A DNA stretch of 64,000 bases from Eledone cirrhosa (taxonomy: Eukaryota). How positions within the stretch are numbered: the stretch's first letter is position 1; each line of letters opens with the position of its first letter. The stretch lies in NCBI GenBank assembly GCA_964016885.1, contig OZ024742.1:285510001-285574000 (forward strand). Direction: 5' to 3'. Positions 41,241-56,234 of this stretch are shown here, piece by piece. The translations under genes and the position numbers were made by a program. Under the pieces are notes generated by a model. It saw only the letters and a program-made list of their open reading frames with translations. It was not told where the DNA came from and did no database searches.

Positions 41241-41307
41241 TGACGTCACGAGCAATGCTGACGTCACACAGTGCTCGTGACTCGTCTGTCTGGTTTCCAT
41301 TGACAAC
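41241..41307. promoter_or_regulatory. Candidate cis-regulatory module: two CRE palindromes and an RFX X-box-like site
   Basis: TGACGTCA at 41241-41248 and 41259-41266; GTTTCCATTGACAAC at 41293-41307; CpG-rich patch not repeated in the window. Confidence 0.4.
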
Positions 41308-41558
41308 GGCTTAGCCCTCGTCTTTCTCTTTCTCCTCTCTTCTTGTAGATATTCGCAGCATTCATCATCGTAATCCCCCCTTCTCCTCCTACTTCACTCT
41401 TCTTACAAAGTAATTTCTATATAATTTCTATATATATATATATGTATACATACATATGTATACGTATACACATATACACATATACATATATACCTACATA
41501 CACACACAGGAGCTCAGCCGTCGGGGTCCCGATTCCTTCATATATATACACACACGCG

Positions 41559-41655
<97 letters not shown>

Positions 41656-42864
41656 TGTGTGTGTGTGTGTAGGCACAGCTATGTGGCTAAAGCGTTTTGG
41701 GTTTCAGTCCTACTGGAAGGGAAATTTGCAGACGGAAACTGTATAGAAGCCCGTCATATTTATATATGTATGTGAAGAACGTGTCTGTTTGTGTGGTTAT
41801 GGTATATTTTGCGTCTCGTAATATAGCGGTTTGTCAAGAAGTGATTAATAAAATAAGTGCTGAACTTGAAAAAAAATCTGTGTAGGAGTTGATAAGATAA
41901 ATAAATATTTATTTTTAAATAATTGTTTCTACTTTTGGCACAAGTCCAGCAATTATCGCAGTGTATTACTGGTACTTTATTTTACCGACCCCGTAAGGAT
42001 GAAAGGCAAAGTTAACCTCGGCGGGATTTGAACTCAGACCATAAAGGGCCGTAACTCTTTGCTGAATAATGACAACTATAATGACGGCAATAATAAAAAA
42101 AAAAGGGAAACAAAAGGAAAGAAAGATTAGGGAAATATAGAGAAAAAAGAGAGAAAGAGAGAAGAAAAGGAACGGGAAAGGGAACGGATGGCAAGAACTC
42201 TGGTGTCGCAGAAGAGAGGGGAGGGGTGATGGGGGGAGGTGATTGGGCTTTGGGCCTAGAGCAAGAGGGTAGAAGTGCTGCGCCCCGCTGACAAGACGGC
42301 AAAAGCATTTCCTTGGACGATTGTCAGCGGACCCGCTGCAACAGCCACCCAACCTCACGAGGCTCCCTCCTCAGACGGACCGCCGACGCTCCGATCTTGT
42401 GGAGGAACTCAGCAGTACGGGGGGGGGGGGGGTCTAAGTACGCCTGAGGTAAATTAAATTGCTTCAAAGTAGTGTTCCAACATGGCCGGAATCTAATGAC
42501 TGAAACCTGGTGATTTTCGTTGATGAATGATTAACAATAATATATATATATGTACATATATATGTGTGTGAGTGTATATACATGTATGCATGCATATATA
42601 TGCATGTATATATATATGTATATGCATGATATATATGTGTATATATATATATGTGTGTATGTATATATATATATATGCATGTATATATATATAATACCAA
42701 TGATGGTTGGCAAATCACTGATGAGGGACTAATTTTATAATATGTAACCCATGTGCAACCACGCAGTATTCCTCTTCCCTTGTTTTTCACATATATATAT
42801 ATATATATGTATATCATAAAACATGTCTATATCTTTGATTTAATTTTATGTATATGATAACCTT

Positions 42865-42967
<103 letters not shown>

Positions 42968-43149
42968 GTGCGCGTGTTTGTGTATCTGTAGTTATACCAA
43001 AAGAGAAATGAGCACCCCATCTTCTCCACACCTACCTACACACAGACACAGTTCTCTGATCTTTCTAAAGTCACTTTCAACTGACCACTATATTTACGTC
43101 TTTAGAAATAACACAGGCTTTTTTAATCGTTTCTTTGCACCCCACCACG

Positions 43150-43860
43150 CTTCTTCTTCTTCTTCTTTTTTGTTTTTCCTTCAGTTTTTCTTTTCTTCTT
43201 CTTCTTCTTCTTCTTTTTCTTTTTCTTCTTTATATCTTCTACAACACCCACCACCACCTCTACCACCGCTGCCGCCGTCACCACCACCACCACCACTACC
43301 ACCACCGCCGCCGCCGCCGCCACCACCACTGCCACCGCCGCCGCCGCCACCACCACTGCCGCCGCCACCACCACCACCACCACTACCACCGCCACCGCCA
43401 CCACCACCACCACCGCCACCACCACCACAACCACCACCACCACCTCATCAATGAACGTTGTCATACCAAACACAACCCTTATCGCCATGACTACCATGTT
43501 CACCATCACTACCACTCTCATCACTACTACCACTATCACCCTCACCTCCTATCACTGCGACCAACACCGTCGTCATCACCACTATCGTCTCCTCCACCAC
43601 CACCACCACCACCACCAGTATCACCCTACTCCACCACCATCCCTCATACCACGCCTCCCTCCCACCACCCCTCCCACCTAACAGTCGTCCTTATCACCCC
43701 CCCACCACCATCATCATCCTCGTCATAGGCTGTATCATAGCAATTGAAGGTTATTTGATGCGTATTTGTTGCTTGTTGTGAAAAAGAAATATTCATCATC
43801 ATCATGATCATCATGATCCCCATCATCATCATCATCATCGTTATCACCACCATCATGGAC
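43150..43860. repeat. (CTT)n/(CCA/CCG)n/(CAT)n low-complexity array
   Basis: Direct reading. Confidence 0.9.
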
Positions 43861-46769
43861 ATCATCAGACCCAGCACTAGAATAATCGGCCTTCCATTCC
43901 TATTATTTAAATTACTTTATACTACGTTCTTACTATAATTGTTTCTACTTTAGGCACAAGGCCAGCAATTAACTCAGTACATTACTGGTACTTTATTTTA
44001 TCGACCCCCGTAAGGATGAAAGGCAAAGTTTAACCTCGGCGGGATTTGAACTCAGAATGGCAAGGGCCGTAACTCTATACGTCAAAGCATGGCGTCCGAC
44101 CCTCTACCGATAATGTGACAAACCCCAGAAAATACAGATTAAGGCTGAATGAGAGGAATTAGCGACCCGGTTTCGATACTTGGTAGAATCCAAATTACTT
44201 ATTAACCTTTTCAATACTTTCTTTTTATAAATATTGTTTTTTTCAATTGAAAATTATTAATTTTCATTAAATTAGACTAGTAATATTAATATATATTTTA
44301 CTTGCTTTTATTGTTGAAAATATACACAGGGAACACATTTCTTCTTGCAGTATTATCATTTTTTTTAAATTAAAAAATGTTTTTAATTGAAAATTATTAA
44401 TTTTAATGAAATTAAACTATTGATATATAGTTTATGTGAGATTTTTTTGTTGAATGCCCCAACATGGCATCAACAGAATGGCTGACACATTTTCCCCACA
44501 GTATTTTAACCTGAAACATCTAGGTATTACAAGATACGAACTCCAAAAACCGAACAGCTATGCATGAATTCCTAATTCTTTTCTATTATAAGTTGAGCTA
44601 ACTTATGCAGCTTCATATGCAAATGAGATTAATCACACCATTTACATAGACGAGAAAACTATATATTCTCGCCTCTTTTCAAGTCCAGCAGTCGCAAGAG
44701 TGGGAGGAATCCTCCTGACGATCACAAGTTAAGTTCAGAATGCATTGACGATTGTCCCCCCTTGCTTCTGCTGGACACTACCAGGGGGCGATAGCCCCGG
44801 TGTTTTTCATAGCTACGGCTTTCTAAATGTTTATCCATAAACATACCGTATTTTCTTTTAGAAACACTAAATTTCAATATATATATATATAAAGCCTGTA
44901 TTAGCGCCTCAAGAGGGTCACTATTTTGATACCTCTTGTTTTCTGGAAGTATGTTCAAATTTGGATCTTGAAACCTTGGGTAGCACTTTTGTTCCGTGTA
45001 TAAACATAAATAAATAATATAATATAATATAATATAATATAATATAATTCTGGCAATATTACACAAATATGACCCTCCCCAAGTATAACAATATATATAT
45101 ATATATATCTTTAAAAGAGTCGAAGTTAGTCTTCTCACTATATCCTATTTAATTCCACCAATTCAAGAAATACAACGCAAACGAAACGGACCCCATAACA
45201 GCATCGAGTGCTTCGACAGGGCGCCGCCTGTAACTGTCGTTACACACTTAACTATAACACACACATGCATATGTGTATGTATGTGTGTGTACAATCTTTT
45301 ATTTCCTTTATTAAAAAATATTATAAAATTATACCACTTCCTAAAATAATAACACATTAAAGAATGTAAAACTCTGTTGACAATCCCTGTCGGAAACCCC
45401 CTTTTTTACGCGCCCCCAATATTTTAGTGAATTCTTTGTGTAATTCAATTTTTGATAGGTTACTTATGATTGGTTGAATAAATGGGTAAGTACTGTGGGA
45501 ACAAGTAGAGGGCTATGGCTGAAGAGAATTGACCAGTGAGGGCAGGGCCGGATTTAATAGGGCTCCCTCGGTGGGAGCCTCACCAGCGACGGCCCTAGCA
45601 ATTTATTTATGAACCTTCAGCTGAGCTTTTTAGTTTTAGGATGGTTAGAATTTTAGAATTTAATACCTGAATGTATAACTTTTCAATTCCAATTACTTGC
45701 GCTAAGCTTACTTTGATATGTAAAATTGGGGAGGTGGGGTGTTGTGTATTCTAATTTTTTGTGTATGAGGGACCTCCCAAATCCAACCCTGGGTGAGGGT
45801 CAGTAGTATGTAAGCCACTTAAACACACACTGAGGCTTGGGTGACCTGCTTATGGGTATATGCAGTAAAACCTGAAAAATCCAGGATCTAACACTGATGA
45901 TGTGTGAAGAACTTAACTTGTGATTCTCGACTTTCTACGTTCAAATTCAACCAAGTCTCCATTCGCCGCTTCATTCTTTCAGAGTCGGCCAATAAATATA
46001 TACCGAATTAATTCAATTGCTTATATCTCTTGATCTCTTGCCAACTAAATTTTGGCGTTATTCCAGTTGAAGAAATCAATATTTTCTTGTATATATATTT
46101 CAATGTCTGTATTTAATCTAATGTCAAACACTTTCTAGACAACGTTACAAGTGCGTGTTAACACTATGAAGATGTTTAGATAAAAAAAAATTTTCAGCTC
46201 CGAAATAATATTTATCTATGAATATATAACAAATACACTATAACGTTTATATTCCTCTCCATCATTGGTCGGATAGCTGAAACCTTTATTATGATGTTAG
46301 AAGCTATTAAACGATATGTCAAATTTGATATAATTTGTTCGACAAAGAAAGAATTGTTTTAGGAAGATGTCTAGGGGTTAGTTGTACTTCTTGAGAAGAT
46401 CTGTTGAAAAATCTTTACGTTGCAATTTGTAAAATAAAATATACAAAGATATTTGCTGATATTTTCCTTTGCTGGAATTAAGATTCAATCTTAAGGGAAA
46501 ACGGAACAGTATTCTCATGAAATCAACGTCTAAGTGGCTGAGCATTCCAACAGGCATGTGTACCCTTAACGTAATTCTCTAAAAATGATAAAAACAAAAC
46601 AATAACTTACATTGAATGATTTTAGCTTGGAGGTTCTCTTTCATGAAAAGTTCGTTGCCAAGTGGCTACGATGTTATAATATAAGGTTATGGGTTCCATT
46701 CTTGGACCGAGTGGGGAGTTGTGTTCTTGAGCAAGATACTTAATTTTACATTACTTTTCATTATAAAAA

Positions 46770-47143
46770 TTGGGCACCTATCATTAAAACAACTGAGAAG
46801 CCTCTTATGAGATATAACCCTGTAGGAGGTCAACTAAACTTAAACAAATATGAACTGTAACAACAATAACAACATGATAGAACTGGGATCCATATCATTA
46901 AAACAACCGAGACCCTACGTGAGGCAACCTCGTAGACAGCCGGCTAAACATGTATATATGTGAGTTGTAGCAACAACATGATAGGACTGGAAGCTCATAT
47001 TTAAAAAAATACCCGAGAAACCCCGTATGAGATGCAACTTTGTAAGAGGTCAGCTACACCTGCATGTATGTGAAGTGTACCACAGTAACATGATAGAACT
47101 GAGGCCCCTATTATTATAAACCACGAGAGCACCCGTATGAGAT
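46770..47143 (+). repeat. Diverged ~110-bp tandem repeat (~3.4 units); related block 55440-55707
   Basis: Recurring TATCATTAAAACAAC..GAG...ACATGATAGAACTG. Confidence 0.7.
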
Positions 47144-47503
<360 letters not shown>

Positions 47504-48179
47504 TATGAAATGCAACCACATGGGAGGCCAGTTAAGTGTACATATAAGGGAGTTGTCTACGTATTTCAGTGGGGTTTATTTTTAATTTCTTTTTCGCTAA
47601 CATTTTTATTCTAACGAGTAATGCTTCAAAACCGTGATATCTCTCTGGGTTTCTTTCAAAAATCTATATTTTGCTAACTTTCGATAAAACTAATGATTAT
47701 CATAATGACCAAATCCATTGTGTATATTCTTACATGCATACATGCATACATGCAAAGATATTATTATTTTATCATTTTCCTTGGATATCTGTATATTCAC
47801 ATATATCTCACCGAGAACAGACGTGTTCTCTTGCTCTCTCGCTTAAATCCAACTGTTTTTTTTGCTTAAACCCAACTGCTTTTTTAAAACTTCGTCCTCT
47901 CTGCTCTCGGTTACTTAGTTACATGTGCCATTGTCCTGTGTTTCCCCCCTTCTATTGGTATGTTTTTTCTTCTTTTTTCTCTCATCTTTTTTCTTTCTTT
48001 CTCTCTCTCCGCTAGCGCCTCTTTTTCGTCTTTTCTTTACTCCATAACTTGTTGTTAATAAGTTATGGGCGCGTTACGGATAGATGCATTGTCTATAATG
48101 TGCTGAAACATCTGTGACTCATAGTAGACAACTGATGAAGGGCAAATGTCTATCTCTTGTTTGTGTTCCCTTTTCTAAC

Positions 48180-48332
<153 letters not shown>

Positions 48333-48341
48333 AAACAATCA

Positions 48342-48555
48342 AAGTGTTAACACAATCAAATCTTAGTTTAATACATTTATTTGCTGACAATTGTTTCTTC
48401 CAGAGGGAAGTCTGGAATCTAAATGACTAGGATTTTGGATTTTAATCACCTGTTTAGACATTCCCTATACTCCGATGATTCCAGACTTCCCTCTGGAAGA
48501 AACAATTGTCAGCAAATAAATGTATTAAACTAAGATTTGATTGTTTTAACACTTT
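48342..48555. mobile_element. Fold-back element containing a hammerhead variant at 48468-48514(+)
   Basis: CCGATGA core variant 48472-48478; stem II TTCCAGA/TCTGGAA; GAAAC-AATT-GTC; AATAAA; inverted copy 48342-48419. Confidence 0.7.
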
Positions 48556-48635
48556 GTATCTCGGCTCTGTAAAACATTTGATAATTTGTCATACCGGTAA
48601 CCGGCTAGTATTTAGTACTACCCTCCATATTTATA

Positions 48636-48709
<74 letters not shown>

Positions 48710-48724
48710 TATATATATATATAT

Positions 48725-49170
48725 ATATATGAATGTATATATAGTGTATTTTGCAATACACTGTATGCTTAATTAGAAGCATTTCGAAGACCTTATGCTA
48801 TTGTTTTAGAGTAGTGACAGTCTCACTTACTTTAATTTTCAGCAAACAGGGGAGATAAGGCTGACAGGGCCCTGTTTCGCATTTTTTTATGCTTATCAAA
48901 GCCAATTACTCCTCCTGCTTGCTGAAAATCATGGTTGTTTGATTCTTATAGAATTCTAGTAAATAATCAGGAACTGATTATACAGAGCGGTTGCCGGTCA
49001 AGCATAAAAAACTGCGAAACAGGGACTGTCAGCTTTATCTCCCCTGTTTGCTGAAATTTAAAGTAAGTGAGACTGTCACTACTCTAAACCAATAGCATAA
49101 GGTCTTCGAAATGCTTTTAATTAAGCATACAGTGTATTGCAAAATATACTATATATACATTCATATATAT
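48725..49170. mobile_element. Large fold-back (~170-bp arms) with HHR 3' half
   Basis: 48725-48895 is inverted at ~49000-49170; minus strand GAAAC-AGGGCCCT-GTC palindromic stem III. Confidence 0.65.
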
Positions 49171-49191
49171 ATAGCTATTTCAGAGCACCAA

Positions 49192-49254
<63 letters not shown>

Positions 49255-49653
49255 GTGTAAATATATATGTATATATATGTATATATATGTTCATGTATAT
49301 GCGTAAATATATATATATAGCGTGTGGGGTGAGTGGGAAGAAGTCATAGAAGACATGCAACTTTCCGATCGATATTGGATCAATTTGAATTCAATGCACC
49401 CCCCCCCCCCCACACACATATAGTTATTAAAAACAAACTATTTGTTTAGAGAATAATAAATATCGGATAAACGTCTTGGTTTTTCAACTTTCACATAACT
49501 GAACTAAATAACCTCAATTGTTTTTTACCTCCAGCTGGTGCTAGATGGAAGGACTATCCAAAAGGGAAGGAATTAAATAGTCTATATATGAATGTCACGT
49601 CGAACCTGCGCTGATTTATTAGACATAGTCACATCATCTATCTCAACGATGTA

Positions 49654-49685
<32 letters not shown>

Positions 49686-49708
49686 CATTTAGTTTTCTAA
49701 AAGAAAGG

Positions 49709-49763
<55 letters not shown>

Positions 49764-50335
49764 TATTAAAATTAATATTAAACCCTATATATATATATAT
49801 TAAACCCTCCATCTCAACTCTACTTTTGAAAAGCATAAGAACTGTGAAAACGGTAAAGGAAACAAATGAATATTCTTAAAAAGACTCCAGTTGCATTTTC
49901 GATTACATCTTTTTCCTTATATATATATATATATAAGTATGTATACGTACATACATATATGTATACAGACGTACAGTAGTATGTATATATATATACATAC
50001 ATGCAGACACATATATATGTACGTATGGATTCACCAAACATTTATTATAATGCTCGGTGTGTTTGTAAACAAACATCCCGTATTAAGCCGTAGTGTCTAG
50101 CAACCACCGTTGCTCGTTTGTTCAACACTGACAAAGGAACGCTGTACTAGTTTCAAGCTTGTTAACTATCGTCAGCAACGTATACCTTCCTGCCAGATAG
50201 TTGAACGTCCGAAAGTATATACTTTCCTTATGCATATTAACGGCTGAGTAGCCCAATTTGCATATCGAGTGGGTTAATCGGCCGGGTGCACCGAAAACGA
50301 TAAACGGAAAAAATGAAATTTCGTTTCATTTTTCC

Positions 50336-50383
<48 letters not shown>

Positions 50384-50385
<2 letters not shown>

Positions 50386-50800
50386 GGAAAGAGTCAGGAC
50401 CCGAACGGCTGAGCTCCGGCCGTTTCGACAGCTAGGTCTGAACTAACGCAGTAGTGTTAAGACGGCAGTAGTCTAGCTAAATTTGTCAAGGGGTATATTT
50501 CATATATGGGCATGTGCAATGAGAGCGTAGCAATAGAGTCATATCAAACAATTCTAAAAGTTGTTGTTTTTCCTTTCTGTCGCGGAGAATGGTCAAAGAT
50601 TTGTAAAAACAGTTAAATTCCTTCATAGCTGAGGGTGGAGGTGGGGGTGGCTGAATTTGCCTGTAGAACAAGGGGAGGGAGTAAGATGAAAATCTGACCT
50701 GTGGATGCTGGGCCGGTCATGCGTTAAGAGAGAAATCTATACAGCTGTCTCTAAAGAGGGTGAGAATCTATGATAAACAAGGAATGTTGTAGAATTAATT
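50384..50800 (-). mobile_element. Penelope-like 3' end: short ORF tail whose stop overlaps a degenerate HHR core; family fragments at 41508, 50881-50999 (fold-back) and 54690
   Basis: Minus strand ...LTILRDRKEKQQLLELF...YTP*, with CCCC-TTGACAA-..TAGCTAG...CTAGCTG-TC-GAAAC-GGC...GCC-GTT spanning the stop. Confidence 0.45.
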
Positions 50801-51087
50801 GATCAAGCGTTGGCTAGAAAGCAAAGCAAATATATTATGGTCCACCTGGTTCCTTACGACACTTCCTTCTATATATATATATAGAAACGAGTAGGACCCC
50901 GACGGCTGAGCTCAAGCCGTTTCGACGGCTAATTCTGGACTCCAGAATTAGCCGTCGAAACAGCTTGAGCTCAGCCGTCGGGGTCCTACTCGTTTCTATT
51001 ACCCACTATACTACCCTAAGTATTGAGTACTTTGGTGCGTTATGGTCCACCTGGTTCCTTACCACATTTCCTTCGTTATATATATAT

Positions 51088-51209
<122 letters not shown>

Positions 51210-51891
51210 CTTCATGTCATTGCGAGTGCTAGAATTCATGTGTTGATACCATGAGCGTTTAGCCACTTTAAACCCTGCATTGAGTGAGATTAGATGATTT
51301 TGAAATTCCCTCACTGATGAAATATCTAATTTTACCGTTATTCGGTGAAATGTATTCTGATTTTGTGGAAATATTGATTGTTATCAGGTATTTTATTTTA
51401 TTTTTTTTATTATTAAATTTAATAAGATACTCAACGAATTATGTAGTCTTACTTTCAGTGTAGATTGTCTTTAGTTCTATGTTTTGATATGTGTTATTGT
51501 GTAGGAATATATTTCAATCAATTGCTTATAATAATTAAGGCTCGATTTTATTCTCTGAGCTGTTTTTAGAGACAAGACATGTTTGATTTTGTATCATTCA
51601 TGACACCCTTTACTTTGAAAGTAATAATAATAATAATAATAATAGTAATAATAATAATAATAATGGTTTCTTATATAGGCACAAGGCCAGCAATTTTTGG
51701 GGAGGGGAAAGTCGATTAAATCGACCCCAGTGCGTGACTGGTACTTTATTTTATTGACCCCCGTAAGGATGAAAGGCGGGATTTGAACTCAGATCATAAA
51801 GGGCACAGATCATAAAGGGCCGTAACTCTATGCTGCAAAGCATGGCGTCCGACCCTCTACCGATACTGCCAATCCAAATAATAATAATAAT

Positions 51892-51956
<65 letters not shown>

Positions 51957-52134
51957 ACATTTAAATATAAATTAATATATATGATGAAACACAAATACCA
52001 ACATATCTGTATTTATATCGTAAAAGAAAATTTAGTTAGCTAGAATGAAGTATACTAATTATAATATTACAGTCTGTCCATATCGATTTAAAATAATAAA
52101 TCAACAAAGACAAACTGTATTGCCAAAAGGCCGT

Positions 52135-52264
52135 GATGTTTAGACACATTTAAATTTCAAAATCAAACCTGTTCCGTAGATAAGTTAAAACTTTAAAATC
52201 CAAATATGTTTCGAGATAAAAAAAAGTGTAAGGATATCATGTCCTGCTCTCTTCAGTAAACATC
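52135..52264 (-). ncRNA. Type I hammerhead, inverted copy
   Basis: Reverse complement of the 52687 motif. Confidence 0.85.
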
Positions 52265-52686
52265 CAGGAACAAATTGATATGCTTCACTTCCAAATATTT
52301 TAAAAGACTGTGTAACGCACATGGTTTACAGTTTCTAGCTAGCCTCATACTATACTAATTATAATTAGTATACTTCATTCTAGCTAATAAAATTTTCTTT
52401 TACAATATAAATACAGATATGTTGGTATTTGTGTTTCATCATATATATTAATTTATATTTAAATGTTTTACACGGCTCAGAAATATTTCTTTCTTTGAGC
52501 TAATTTCATTGTAAAAGAATTCATTACACTTAATATTATTGCTCCTTAGGTTGAGCTGAAAGTAGCCTCATATATACGGCTGTTATTTCTAGCAGTACGG
52601 TTATGAGGCTAGCTAGAAACTGTAAACCATGTGCGTTACACAGTCTTTTAAAATATTTGGAAGTGAAGCATATCAATTTGTTCCTG

Positions 52687-52815
52687 GATGTTTACTGAAG
52701 AGAGCAGGACATGATATCCTTACACTTTTTTTATCTCGAAACATATTTGGATTTTAAAGTTTAAACTTATCTACGGAACAGGTTTGATTTTGAAACTTAA
52801 ATGTGTCTAAACATC
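52687..52815 (+). ncRNA. Type I hammerhead with ~27-bp stem III
   Basis: Stem I GATGTTTA/TAAACATC; CTGAAGA 52695-52701; stem II GAG..CTC; GAAA; stem III ACATATTT.../...AAATGTGT; GTC cleavage after 52807. Confidence 0.88.
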
Positions 52816-53212
52816 ACGGCCTTTTGGCAATACAGTTTGTCTTTGTTGATTTATTATTTTAAATCGATATGGACAGACTGTAATATTATAATTAGTATAC
52901 TTCATTCTAGCTAACTAAATTTTCTTTTACAATATAAATACAGATATGTTGGTATTTGTGTTTCATCATATATATTAATTTATATTTAAATGTTTTACAC
53001 GGCTCAGAAATATTTCTTTCTTTGAGCTAATTTCATTGTAAAAGAATTCATTACACTTAATATTATTGCTCCTTAGGTTGAGCTGAAAGTAGCCTCATAT
53101 ATACGGCTGTTATTTCTAGCAGTACGGTATGAGGCTAGCTAGAAACTGTAAACCATGTGCGTTACACAGTCTTTTAAAATATTTGGAAGTGAAGCATATC
53201 AATTTGTTCCTG

Positions 53213-53342
53213 GATGTTTACTGAAGAGAGCAGGACATGATATCCTTACACTTTTTTTTATCTCGAAACATATTTGGATTTTAAAGTTTAAACTTATCTA
53301 CGGAACAGGTTTGATTTTGAAATTTAAATGTGTCTAAACATC
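53213..53342 (+). ncRNA. Type I hammerhead, next tandem copy
   Basis: Same fold; CTGAAGA 53221-53227; cleavage after 53334. Confidence 0.88.
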
Positions 53343-53635
53343 ACGGCCTTTTGGCAATACAGTTTGTCTTTGTTGATTTATTATTTTAAATCGATATGGA
53401 CAGACTGTAATATTATAATTAGTATACTTCATTCTAGCTAACTAAATTTTCTTTTACAATATAAATACAGATATGTTGGTATTTGTGTTTCATCATATAT
53501 ATTAATTTATATTTAAATGTTTTACACGGCTCAGAAATATTTCTTTCTTTGAGCTAATTTCATTGTAAAATAATTCATTACACTTAATATATATATATAT
53601 ATATATATGTGTATATATATATATATATAAATATA

Positions 53636-54661
<1,026 letters not shown>

Positions 54662-56036
54662 AATCAGGATGGATTCAGTTTGAAACTGAGTCTGGAACAG
54701 GCTGTTGAAACGACGGCAAGAGCTCAGCCGTCTGGTCCCGACTGTTTATAATATATAATACACAATGCGTCTACTATGTCAGACATTTTGTTACAATTAG
54801 AAATTCGCTTTTCAATCACAAATTCCTGGGTTCGAACCCGACACTTGTTCCCGTAAATAGTTATTTATAAGTTCCTTATATATTTAATCCTGTATGTCAT
54901 TTCTACATACTTGCTAGCAGGGTAAGCAGACGTTAAAACAACAATGATGAGCAGGATGTTAAACATTTATGTAATTATGTTTTAGATATTAATTATATTA
55001 AATATCATTATAATTTTTAATCACTTCAACATGCCAGTAATCAACATTAACTATAGCGCTTCTTTTATGTAATTTATTATACACATATCTTAGTAGAAAT
55101 CATTATGTAAATAGTAGAAATCATTATCATACATATATCTGCTAACCTTAGTATATATAACATACCAATCATGCACTCGCAAAGCAATTATATACATTCA
55201 ACGTTATTGCATCATTATTGAGGGCACAGGTTCCCGATTTAGGAGAAGGAGAAAGTGGATTAAATTTGGGAGAAGGGGAAAGTCAATTAAATCGACCCTA
55301 CTGCGTTAGTGGTACTTTATTTTAGCGATTCCATAAGGATGAATGGCAAAGCTATCCTCGGTGGGATTTGAACTCGAAATTGGCTTTTCCTCAGTTGGTT
55401 TCTTGAGTAATATACGTAATTTTACGTTGCTTTTCATTATGAAACTGGGTCCCTATCATTAAAACACACAGGAAACCCTCTACGTGAGGCAACTTCGTAG
55501 AAGGTTAGCTAAACTTGAATAAGTGTGAGCTGTGACAACAAGATGGTAGAACTAGGGCTCAAATCTTTAAAATACTCGAGAAACCCCTCGTAAGATACAA
55601 CTTTGTAAGGGCTCAGCTAAACCTGCACAAATTTGAAGAGTAACGCAGCAACATGATTGAATTGGGGCCCCTGTTATTATAAATTCCGAAAACACCCGTA
55701 TGAAATCAGGGCCGGACTTTTGTGGGGAGGGGAAAGTCGATTAAATCGATACCAGTGCGTTATTATATTTTATTTTATCGACCCCATAAGGATTAAAGAC
55801 AAAGCTAACCTCGGCGGGATTTGAACTCGAGATTAGCTTTTCCTTTCGTCCTTACGGGGTCGATAAAGTAAAGTACCAGTAGTGCAATTGTGTCGATTTG
55901 ATCGACCTTCCACCCACCCAAAACAAAAATTGTTGCCCTTGTGGTCTAATCAGAAACGATTATTGAGGTCACTGGTCCACTAATCATCAATACAACTGCA
56001 CTTAGAATCCTCACTATAGTTTCTGATGATGATGAC

Positions 56037-56067
<31 letters not shown>

Positions 56068-56234
56068 GTGGTGATAAGTGATTGTCAATGATAAATATTC
56101 CACAAACACAACTGCGTTGCCATAGCTACTATCATATTAGCAACAGCAATAACAGTACTCTCTAACAGCAGCAACAGCAACAACAAATGTAACAGTAACA
56201 ACAACACTACCATCTAACATAACAACAACAACAA

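Larger units (their letters stand above)
51953..53590. mobile_element. HHR-bearing tandem array, unit 527 nt: ~0.75 inverted copy (51953-52350) plus ~2.3 direct copies (52358-53590), inside (TA)n
   Basis: Near-identical units, three HHR copies, no meaningful ORF. Confidence 0.85.

Noticed and set aside
51314-51370. HHR at CTGATGA 51314
   Set aside because: Stems II and III and the NUH site do not close properly; counted only as degenerate
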